Of a stretch of 64,000 nucleotides of DNA, positions 9,770 through 20,540 are shown piece after piece. Source of the stretch: Narcine bancroftii (lineage: Eukaryota). Under the pieces are notes generated by a model. It did no database searches, was not told the origin of the DNA, and was given only the letters and a program-made list of their open reading frames with translations. Where the stretch lies: assembly GCF_036971445.1 (NCBI RefSeq), contig NC_091470.1:11780001-11844000 (forward strand), given 5' to 3'. How positions within the stretch are numbered: position 1 is the first letter of the stretch; the number at the start of each line of letters is the position of its first letter. The position numbers and the translations under genes are program-made.

Positions 9770-11035
9770 CGAATTCCCGATGTCCATCCAGTCCCGTCCA
9801 CTCCCGAAGTCCCCGCAGACCCGCCCACTCCCGAAGTCCCCGCAGTCCCGTCCACTCCCTGTCCCCCCCAGTCCCCTCCACTCCCGATGTCCCCCCCAGT
9901 CCCCTCCACTCCCGATGTCCCCGCAGACCCGCCCACTCCCGATGTCCCGGCAGACCCGCCCACTCCCGATGTCCCCGCAGACCCGCCCACTCCCGAAGTC
10001 CCCGCAGTCCCGTCCACTCCCTGTCCCCCCCAGTCCCCTCCACTCCCGATGTCCCCCCCAGTCCCCTCCACTCCCGATGTCCCCGCAGACCCGCCCACTC
10101 CCGATGTCCCGGCAGACCCGCCCACTCCCGATGTCCCCGCAGACCCGCCCACTCCCGAAGTCCCCGCAGTCCCGTCCACTCCCTGTCCCCCCCAGTCCCC
10201 TCCACTCCCGATGTCCCCCCCAGTCCCCTCCACTCCCGATGTCCCCCCCAGTCCCCTCCACTCCCGATGTCCCCGCAGACCCGCCCACTCCCGATGTCCC
10301 GGCAGACCCGCCCACTCCCGATGTCCCCGCAGACCCGCCCACTCCCGAAGTCCCCGCAGTCCCGTCCACTCCCTGTCCCCCCCAGTCCCCTCCACTCCCG
10401 ATGTCCCCCCCCCAGTCCCGCCCACTCCCGATGTCCCCGCAGACCCGCCCACTCCCGATGTCCCGGCAGACCCGCCCACTCCCGATGTCCCCGCAGACCC
10501 GCCCACTCCCGAAGTCCCCGCAGTCCCGTCCACTCCCTGTCCCCCCCAGTCCCCTCCACTCCCGATGTCCCCCCCCAGTCCCGCCCACTCCCGATGTCCC
10601 CGCAGACCCGCCCACTCCCGATGTCCCGGCAGACCCGCCCACTCCCGATGTCCCCGCAGACCCGCCCACTCCCGAAGTCCCCGCAGTCCCGTCCACTCCC
10701 TGTCCCCCCCAGTCCCCTCCACTCCCGATGCCCCCCCCCCAGTCCCGCCCACTCCCGATGTCCCCGCAGACCCGCCCACTCCCGATGTCCCGGCAGACCC
10801 GCCCACATCCCGATGTCCCCGCAGACCCGCCCACTCCCGATGTCCCCGCAGACCCGCCCACTCCCGATGTCCCCGCAGTCCCGTCCACTCCCGATGTCCC
10901 CGCAGTCCCGTCCACTCCCGGTCCCCCCCAGTCCCGTCCACTCCCGATGTCCCCGCAGTCCCGTCCACTCCCGGTCCCCGCAGTCCCGTCCACTCCCGGT
11001 CCCCCCAGACCCACCCATTCCCGATGTCCCCGCAG
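9770..11035. repeat. CpG-rich 27-bp minisatellite (cccgatgtccccgcagacccgcccact) with 162-bp higher-order repeat
   Basis: Variant unit ccctgt recurs at 9857, 10019 and 10181 (6x27); this array produces the repetitive ORFs in all six frames. Confidence 0.9.
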
Positions 11036-11139
11036 GGAACAGGGCCCACACATCTGAGTGAGGGAGCGTCCCACTGTGGAGGAGCGCCGGGGCAGACTGG
11101 GGCAGGAGCCAGGCGGGAACCACGGTGATGAGTGGAACG

Positions 11140-11251
11140 GCACGAAACGGAAGTGACGACAGAGTGGGGCGGAAGCATTCCTTCTCGTCTCCAGAGTGGG
11201 TCGGACGTGACGTCATCGTGTTGGAATTGGGAGGACGGAGCGCAGGTGAGG
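11140..11251 (+). promoter_or_regulatory. GPATCH2L CpG promoter and probable non-coding exon 1 (donor 11245/11246)
   Basis: ETS/half-CRE CGGAAGTGACG 11148-11158; GC box plus ETS GGGGCGGAAG 11166-11175; CRE TGACGTCA 11208-11215; CAG|GTGAGG donor. Confidence 0.7.
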
Positions 11252-11309
11252 CCCGGGTCCGGGTGATGGGGGGGGGGGGGGGCAGAGGCAGAGGGTTGAG
11301 GGGAAAGGG

Positions 11310-11770
11310 TTTGGGTGTTGAGGGTGGGTGAGGGTTGAGGGGGGAGGGGATCTGGGGGTGGGGATGGGGGTGGGGGTTGAGGAGGGTGGGGTTAGGTGTT
11401 GAGGGAGGGAGGTGGGTGGGGGTTGAGGGGGGAGGGGATCTGGGGGTGGGGGTGGGGGTGGGGGTTGAGGAGGGTGGGGTTAGGTGTTGAGGGAGGGAGG
11501 TGGGTGGGGGTTGAGGGGGGAGGGGATCTGGGGGTGGGGGTGGGGGTGGGGGTTGAGGAGGGTGGGGGTGGGAGGTGGTTGAGGAGGGTGGGGTTAGGTG
11601 TTGAGGGAGGGAGGTGGGTGGAGGTTGAGGGGGGAGGGGATCTGGGGGTGGGGGTTGAGGAGGGAAGGGGTGGGAGGTGGTTGAGGAGGGTGGGGTTAGG
11701 TGTTGAGGGAGGGAGGTGGGTGGGGGTTGAGGGGGGAGGGGATCTGGGGATGGGGGTTGAGGAGGGAAAT
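11310..11770. repeat. G-rich tandem repeat in GPATCH2L intron 1 (G4-prone)
   Basis: Repeated ggggttgaggagggtggggttaggtgttgagggagggaggtggg blocks. Confidence 0.85.
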
Positions 11771-11825
11771 GGTGGGTGGTCTGCGGGTGGGGACAGGGGA
11801 ATGGTGATGGGGTTGGGGGAAATCA

Positions 11826-12385
11826 GGACTGAGTGCCTTAAGGCATGGGAGCAGAAATAGACCATTCAGCCCATCGAGTCTACCCTGTCATTCTATCATG
11901 AGCTGACCCATTTCACACTCAGCCCCACTGCCCGGCCTTCTCCCCATAACCTTTGATGCCCTGGCTAATCAAAAATCTGTCAATCTCTACCTTAAATACA
12001 CCCAAATACCTGGTCTCCGCTGCTGCCTGTGACAACAAATTCGCCAGCCTCTGGCTGAAGAAATTCCTCTGCATTTCTGTTCTAAGTTGTGGCATCTTGT
12101 CCTGGACTCTCCCACCAGGGGAAACAAGAGCTGTCAAATGTTCCTCATATGATAATCCTTTAATTCCCGGAATCATCCTTGTGAACCTCCTCTGAACCCT
12201 CTCCAACGTCAGCTCATCGTTTCTTCAATGAGGAGCCCAAAACTGCTCACAATCCTCCCCGTGAGGATGCCTTATAAACCCTCAACATCACATCCCTGCT
12301 CTTAGATTCGATTCCTCTTGAAATGAATGCCAGCATCGTATTTGCCATCTTTACCACTGACTCGCCCTGCATGTTTCCGTTCAGG
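11826..12385 (-). mobile_element. CR1 LINE 3' fragment
   Basis: ERVQRRFTRMIPG...RNFFSQR...GIKGYGEKAGQW is the CR1 ORF2 C-terminus; boundaries approximate. Confidence 0.85.
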
Positions 12386-12577
12386 GGTGCTGGGTGTTTT
12401 GTGGGAAGTCGATGATGCAGGGTGGGGGTTGGTGTTACGGGGGTGGCACTCCAGGGGTGAGGATTATGGTGGGGGATAGCATCGTTACAGGTGTTGGAAA
12501 GTGAGTGTTATGGGGTGGGGGGGGGGGGGGTGATCCCACACCGGCTTGACCTCCGTGTCTGTGTCAGGCGCAGCATC

Positions 12578-13194
12578 ATGGATGAGCTGGCGCACGACCT
12601 GGCGTCTGCGCTGGATGAGACGTCGGAGCAGGCGCGGCTGGATGAAGAGGCATGGGAGGGCTCAGCACTGAGCCCACAGCAGCAGCAGCGCAGGCAGGCA
12701 CGCAAGCGGCGCGGCAGGAAACGGCGCTCGTTGTGCAGCCATGCACTGGAGCACAGCCGCTGCTTCAGCGAGGCGTCAGAGTCGAGCCAGGAGGAGGGGG
12801 GTGCCAGCGAGTCGGACCCTGACCGCGCCGTCGTCAAGCGTCTATGCTCCCTCAATGTGACGCTAAAGAAGCACCACGCCTGGCACGAGTCGGACTCCTT
12901 CACCGAGACAGCACCGGCGCAGCCGCTCCGCCGCCGGCGCAGGGTTAAGCGCAGCGGCTGCGTGGCCGCGGGCGATGTCAGTGCCACGCTGCAGAAGAAA
13001 CTGAAGGTATCGGAGGCCCGTCCCCCTCCCCACGTCCCCACATGCCCCCTGCGGGGGGGCTGCCAGCACAAGAAGCAGCGGCTCTCCCACTGGGGGTCCG
13101 GTGGCGCCTGGAGGGGGGCTCAGGGGGGGCACAAGGAAGGCGGGCACTGTGACCCCGAGGAGCACAAGGCATCTGACGAGAACATGACTGACAG
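12578..13194 (+). CDS. GPATCH2L: GPATCH2-like protein, coding exon 1 (exon starts 12568)
   Basis: MDELAHDLASALDETSEQ, RRQARKRRGRKRR, SEASESS, WHESDSFTE, SDENM motifs; acceptor tcag at 12567; donor AG|gtaggg, phase 2. Confidence 0.92.
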
Positions 13195-13697
13195 GTAGGG
13201 GGTGGGGATGTTCCCGGGTTGGGGGATGGGTGGGCTCTGTCCCTTCTCTCCCACATCTTCAGGGGAATGTGCACCTCTCTCCTCCCCATGGTCTCTTCCT
13301 CTCCTACAACATGAGCCAGTCCCCCTCCCCCACCGCCTCGTCCTCTACCCTGTCCCGATCATCCCTTCCTCTGTCCTCATTCCACCCCTGCCCTGTCCAT
13401 GTCTCCATCGTCCCATCCCTAGTTCCCACGGATATTGTCCCCTTCCCCAGTCCCTGTCATTTGTGCTCCCCTCCTGGTGTGTCAGAGTGTGATCATGATT
13501 GGTGGGTGTGCACACGTTGTGGGGTGTTGGTGGGGAGTGACTGTGGCCAGCCATGTAGGGGTGTGTGTGTGTGAGAGTGTACGTACGTCAGGACTTATCT
13601 GTGTGTGAGTTGAGGTGTGTGGTTATGAGTGTGCATGTTTGGGTGTGTCTGTGTGCACAAATATGTCTGTGTGTGATGTGCTTGTGTGACTTGTTTG

Positions 13698-16600
13698 AGT
13701 GTGTGGGTATTGAAGGTGTGATTGTTGAGGATGTGTGGGGTGGTGGGTGATGTGTGTGGGTATTGAAGGTGTGTTTGTTGAGGATGTGTGGGGTGGTGGG
13801 TGATGTGTGTGGGTATTGAAGGTGTGTTTGTTGAGGATGTGTGGGGTGGTGGGTGATGTGTGTGGGTATTGAAGGTGTGATTGTTGAGGATGTGTGGGGT
13901 GGTGGGTGATGTGTGTGGGTATTGAAGGTGTGTTTGTTGAGGATGTGTGGGGTGGTGGGTGATGTGTGTGGGTATTGAAGGTGTTTTTGTTGAGGATGTG
14001 TGGGGTGGTGGGTGATGTGTGTGGGTATTGAAGGTGTGTTTGTTGAGGATGTGTGGGGTGGTGGGTGATGTGTGTGGGTATTGAAGGTGTGATTGTTGAG
14101 GATGTGTGGGGTGGTGGGTGATGTGTGTGGGTATTGAAGGTGTGATTGTTGAGGATGTGTGGGGTGGTGGGTGATGTGTGTGGATATTGAAGGTGTGATT
14201 GTTGAGGATGTGTGGGGTGGTGGGTGATGTGTGTGGGTATTGAAAGTGTGTTTGTTGAGGATGTGTGTGGTGGTGGGTGATGTGTGTGGGTATTGAAGGT
14301 GTGTTTGTTGAGGATGTGTGGGGTGGTGGGTGATGTGTGTGGGTATTGAAGGTGTGTTTGTTGAGGATGTGTGGGGTGGTGGGTGATGTGTGTGGGTATT
14401 GAAGGTGTGTTTGTTGAGGATGTGTGGGGTGGTGGGTGATGTGTGTGGGTATTGAAGGTGTGTTTGTTGAGGATGTGTGGTGTGGTGGGTGATGTGTGTG
14501 GGTATTGAAGGTGTGTTTGTTGAGGATGTGTGGGGTGGTGGGTGATGTGTGTGGGTATTGAAGGTGTGATTGTTGAGGATGTGTGGGGTGGTGGGTGATG
14601 TGTGTGGGTATTGAAGGTGTGATTGTTGAGGATGTGTGGGGTGGTGGGTGATGTGTGTGGATATTGAAGGTGTGATTGTTGAGGATGTGTGGGGTGGTGG
14701 GTGATGTGTGTGGGTATTGAAGGTGTGTTTGTTGAGGATGTGTGGGGTGGTGGGTGATGTGTGTGGGTATTGAAAGTGTGTTTGTTGAGGATGTGTGTGG
14801 TGGTGGGTGATGTGTGTGGGTATTGAAGGTGTGATTGTTGAGGATGTGTGGGGTGGTGGGTGATGTGTGTGGGTATTGAAGGTGTGTTTGTTGAGGATGT
14901 GTGGGGTGGTGGGTGATGTGTGTGGGTATTGAAGGTGTGATTGTTGAGGATGTGTGGGGTGGTGGGTGATGTGTGTGGGTATTGAAAGTGTGTTTGTTGA
15001 GGATGTGTGGGGTGGTGGGTGATGTGTGTGGGTATTGAAGGTGTGTTTGTTGAGGATGTGTGGGGTGGTGGGTGATGTGTGTGGGTATTGAAGGTGTGTT
15101 TGTTGAGGATGTGTGGGGTGGTGGGTGATGTGTGTGGGTATTGAAGGTGTGATTGTTGAGGATGTGTGGGGTGGTGGGTGATGTGTGTGGGTATTGAAGG
15201 TGTGATTGTTGAGGATGTGTGGGGTGGTGGGAGATGTGTGTGGGTATTGAAGGTGTGTTTGTTGAGGATGTGTGGGGTGGTGGGTGATGTGTGTGGGTAT
15301 TGAAAGTGTGTTTGTTGAGGATGTGTGGGGTGGTTGGTGATGTGTGTGGGTATTGAAGGTGTGTTTGTTGAGGATGTGTGGGGTGGTGGGTGATGTGTGT
15401 GGGTATTGAAGGTGTTTTTGTTGAGGATGTGTGGGGTGGTGGGTGATGTGTGTGGGTATTGAAGGTGTGTTTGTTGAGGATGTGTGGGGTGGTGGGTGAT
15501 GTGTGTGGGTATTGAAGGTGTGATTGTTGAGGATGTGTGGGGTGGTGGGTGATGTGTGTGGGTATTGAAGGTGTTTTTGTTGAGGATGTGTGGGGTGGTG
15601 GGTGATGTGTGTGGGTATTGAAGGTGTGTTTGTTGAGGATGTGTGGGGTGGTGCGTGATGTGTGTGGGTATTGAAGGTGTGATTGTTGAGGATGTGTGGG
15701 GTGGTGGGTGATGTGTGTGGGTATTGAAGGTGTTTTTGTTGAGGATGTGTGGGGTGGTGGGTGATGTGTGTGGGAATTGAAGGTGTGTTTGTTGAAGATG
15801 TGTGGGGTGGTGGGTGATGTGTGTGGGTATTGAAGGTGTGTTTGTTGAGGATGTGTGGGGTGGTGGGTGATGTGTGTGGGTATTGAAGGTGTGTTCGTTG
15901 AGGATGTGTGGGGTGGTGGGAGATGTGTGTGGGTATTGAAGGTGTGTTTGTTGAGGATGTGTGGGGTGGTGGGTGATGTGTGTGGGTATTGAAGGTGTGA
16001 TTGTTGAGGATGTGTGGGGTGGTGGGTGATGTGTGTGGGTATTGAAGGTGTGATTGTTGAGGATGTGTGGGGTGGTGGGTGATGTGTGTGGGTATTGAAG
16101 GTGTGATTGTTGAGGATGTGTGGGGTGGTGGGTGATGTGTGTGGGTATTGAAGGTGTGTTTGTTGAGGATGTGTGGGGTGGTGGGTGATGTGTGTGGGTA
16201 TTGAAGGTGTGTTTGTTGAGGATGTGTGGGGTGGTGGGTGATGTGTGTGGGTATTGAAGGTGTGTTTGTTGAGGATGTGTGGGGTGGTGGGTGATGTGTG
16301 TGGGTATTGAAAGTGTGTTTGTTGAGGATGTGTGGGGTGGTGGGTGATGTGTGTGGGTATTGAAGGTGTGTTTGTTGAGGATGTGTGGGGTGGTGGGTGA
16401 TGTGTGTGGGTATTGAAGGTGTGTTTGTTGAGGATGTGTGGGGTGGTGGGTGATGTGTGTGGGTATTGAAGGTGTGATTGTTGAGGATGTGTGGGGTGGT
16501 GGGTGATGTGTGTGGGTATTGAAGGTGTGTTTGTTGAGGATGTGTGGGGTGGTGGGTGATGTGTGTGGGTATTGAAGGTGTGTTTGTTGAGGATGTGTGG

Positions 16601-19600
16601 GGTGGTGGGTGATGTGTGTGGGTATTGAAGGTGTGTTTGTTGAGGATGTGTGGGGTGGTGGGAGATGTGTGTGGGTATTGAAGGTGTGTTTGTTGAGGAT
16701 GTGTGGGGTGGTGGGTGATGTGTGTGGGTATTGAAGGTGTGTTTGTTGAGGATGTGTGGGGTGGTGGGAGATTTGTGTGGGTATTGAAGGTGTGATTGTT
16801 GAGGATGTGTGGGGTGGTGGGTGATGTGTGTGCGTATTGAAGGTGTGTTTGTTGAGGATGTGTGGGGTGGTGGGAGATGTGTGTGGGTATTGAAGGTGTG
16901 TTTGTTGAGGATGTGTGGGGTGGTGGGTGATGTGTGTGGGTATTGAAGGTGTGATTGTTGAGGATGTGTGGGGTGGTGGGTGATGTGTGTGGGTATTGAA
17001 AGTGTGTTTGTTGAGTATGTGTGGGGTGGTGGGTGATGTGTGCGGGTATTGAAGGTGTGTTTGTTGAGGATGTGTGGGGTGGTGGGTGATGTGTGTGGGT
17101 ATTGAAGGTGTGATTGTTGAGGATGTGTGGGGTGGTGGGTGATGTGTGTGGGTATTGAAGGTGTGATTGTTGAGGATGTGTGGGGTGGTGGGTGATGTGT
17201 GTGGGTATTGAAGGTGTGTTTGTTGAGGATGTGTGGGGTGGTGGGTGATGTGTGTGGGTATTGAAGGTGTGATTGTTGAGGATGTGTGTGGTGGTGGGTG
17301 ATGTGTGTGGGTATTGAAGGTGTGTTTGTTGATGTGTGGGGTGGTGGGTGATGTGTGTGGGTATTGAAGGTGTGATTGTTGAGGATGTGTGGGGTGGTGG
17401 GTGATGTGTGTGGGTATTGAAAGTGTGTTTGTTGAGGATGTGTGGGGTGGTGAGTGATGTGTGTGGGTATTGAAGGTGTGTTTGTTGAGGATGTGTGGGG
17501 TGGTGGGTTATGTGTGTGGGTATTGAAGGTGTTTTTGTTGAGGATGTGTGGGGTGGTGGGTGATGTGTGTGGGTATTGAAGGTGTGTTTGTTGAGGATGT
17601 GTGGGGTGGTGGGTGATGTGTGTGGGTATTGAAGGTGTGATTGTTGAGGATGTGTGGGGTGGTGGGTGATGTGTGTGGGTATTGAAGGTGTTTTTGTTGA
17701 GGATGTGTGGGGTGGTGGGTGATGTGTGTGGATATTGAAGGTGTGTTTGTTGAGGATGTGTGGGGTGGTGGGTGATGTGTGTGGGTATTGAAGGTGTTTT
17801 TGTTGAGGATGTGTGGGGTGGTGGGTGATGTGTGTGGGTATTGAAGGTGTGATTGTTGAGGATGTGTGGGGTGGTGGGTGATGTGTGTGGGTATTGAAGG
17901 TGTGTTTGTTGAGGATGTGTGGGGTGGTGGGTGATGTGTGTGGGTATTGAAGGTGTGATTGTTGAGGATGTGTGGGGTGGTGGGTGATGTGTGTGGGTAT
18001 TGAAGGTGTGTTTGTTGAGGATGTGTGGGGTGGTGGGTGATGTGTGTGGGTATTGAAAGTGTTTTTGTTGAGGATGTGTGGGGTGGTGGGTGATGTGTGT
18101 GGGTATTGAAGGTGTGTTTGTTGAGGATGTGTGGGGTGGTGGGTGATGTGTGTGGGTATTGAAAGTGTGATTGTTGAGGATGTGTGGGGTGGTGGGTGAT
18201 GTGTGTGGGTATTGAAGGTGTGATTGTTGAGGATGTGTGGGGTGGTGGGTGATGTGTGTGTGGGTATTGAAGGTGTGATTGTTGAGGATGTGTGGGGTGG
18301 TGGGTGATGTGTGTGGGTATTGAAGGTGTGTTTGTTGAGGATGTGTGGGGTGGTGGGTGATGTGTGTGGGTATTGAAGGTGTGATTGTTGAGGATGTGTG
18401 GGGTGGTGGGTGATGTGTGTGGGTATTGAAGGTGTGTTTGTTGATGTGTGGTGTGGTGGGTGATGTGTGTGGGTATTGAAGGTGTGTTTGTTGAGGATGT
18501 GTGGGGTGGTGGGTGATGTGTGTGGGTATTGAAGGTGTGATTGTTGAGGATGTGTGGGGTGGTGGGTGATGTGTGTGGGTATTGAAGGTGTTTTTGTTGA
18601 GGATGTGTGGGGTGGTGGGTGATGTGTGTGGGTATTGAAGGTGTTTTTGTTGAGGATGTGTGGGGTGGTGGGTGATGTGTGTGGGTATTGAAGGTGTGTT
18701 TGTTGAGGATGTGTGGGGTGGTGGGTGATGTGTGTGGGTATTGAAGGTGTTTTTGTTGAGGATGTGTGGGGTGGTGGGTGATGTGTGTGGGTATTGAAGG
18801 TGTGTTTGTTGAGGATGTGTGGGGTGGTGGGTGATGTGTGTGGGTATTGAAGGTGTTTTTGTTGAGGATGTGTGGGGTGGTGGGTGATGTGTGTGGGTAT
18901 TGAAGGTGTGATTGTTGAGGATGTGTGGGGTGGTGGGTGATGTGTGTGGGTATTGAAGGTGTGTTTGTTGATGTGTGGGGTGGTGGGTGATGTGTGTGGG
19001 TATTGAAGGTGTGTTTGTTGAGGATGTGTGGGGTGGTGGGTGATGTGTGTGGGTATTGAAGGTGTGTTTGTTGAGGATGTGAGGGGTGGTGGGTGATGTG
19101 TGTGGGTATTGAAGGTGTGTTTGTTGAGGATGTGTGGGGTGGTGGGTGATGTGTGTGGGTATTGAAGGTGTGTTTGTTGAGGATGTGTGGGGTGGTGGGT
19201 GATGTGTGTGGGTATTGAAGGTGTGTTTGTTGAGGATGTGTGGGGTGGTGGGTGATGTGTGTGGGTATTGAAGGTGTGTTTGTTGAGGATGTGTGGGGTG
19301 GTGGGTGATGTGTGTGGGTATTGAAGGTATATTTGTTGAGGATGTGTGGGGTGGTGGGTGATGTGTGTGGGTATTGAAGGTGTGATTGTTGAGGATGTGT
19401 GGGGTGGTGGGTGATGTGTGTGGGTATTGAAGGTGTGTTTGTTGAGGATGTGTGGGGTGGTGGGTGATGTGTGTGGGTATTGAAGGTGTGATTGTTGAGG
19501 ATGTGTGGGGTGGTGGGTGATGTGTGTGGGTATTGAAGGTGTGTTTGTTGAGGATGTGTGGGGTGGTGGGTGATGTGTGTGGGTATTGAAGGTGTGTTTG

Positions 19601-20107
19601 TTGAGGATGTGTGGGGTGGTGGGTGATGTGTGTGGGTATTGAAGGTGTGTTTGTTGAGGATGTGTGGGGTGGTGGGTGATGTGTGTGGGTATTGAAAGTG
19701 TTTTTGTTGTGGATGTGTGGGGTGGTGGGTGATGTGTGTGGGTATTGAAGGTGTGTTTGTTGAGGATGTGTGAGGTGGTGGGTGATGTGTGTGGGTATTG
19801 AAGGTGTGTTTGTTGAGGATGTGTGGGGTGGTGGGTGATGTGTGTGGGTATTGAAGGTGTGTTTGTTGAGGATGTGTGGGGTGGTGGGTGATGTGTGTGG
19901 GTATTGAAGGTGTGTTTGTTGAGGATGTGTGGGGTGGTGGGTGATGTGTGTGGGTATTGAAGGTGTGTTTGTTGAGGATGTGTGGGGTGGTGGGTGATGT
20001 GTGTGGGTATTGAAGGTGTGTTTGTTGAGGATGTGTGGTGTGGTGGGTGATGTGTGTGGGTATTGAAGGTGTGTTTGTTGAGGATGTGTGGGGTGGTGGG
20101 TGATGTG
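13698..20107. repeat. 53-bp satellite, ~120 copies, almost C-free on the + strand
   Basis: Unit tgtgtgtgggtattgaaggtgt(gt/ga/tt)ttgttgaggatgtgtggggtggtgggtga; period 13761 to 13814. Confidence 0.97.
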
Positions 20108-20540
20108 AGTGCTGTTGGTTATCAGGTTATAAGGGCTGATATAGATGTTACATCTGATATGAAGGAGGTTAAAAGTGAAATGTTGAGATGTTCTTCAGAG
20201 GTGAAGGAAGTTAAAAGAGTTATTTTGGCTCTGCAGAGGGATAACGATGTAGATGTTCATAACGATAGAATTGAAAGGGTTGAAAATTCGGTACATTCTG
20301 AGAGAAACAGAAGAAAGAAATGATGCATAAGATGGGGATGTTGGAGAATCAAAGTAGATGGAATAATGTTTAGATTGTTGGACTTAAAGAAAATTTTGAA
20401 GGAATTGGCGACCCTGTGGAATTTTTTCGAAAATTGATTCCTGGAATCTTGGGTGAAGAAAACATTCCAAATGGAATTGAACTGGAAAGGGCTTTCCAGG
20501 GGAAGCCCCGGCCAAATCAGCCCATAGAGTTCTATTGATT

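Noticed and set aside
9544-11216. Six long overlapping ORFs (413-544 aa)
   Set aside because: Translations of a stop-free 27-bp VNTR in all frames; no evidence of protein identity
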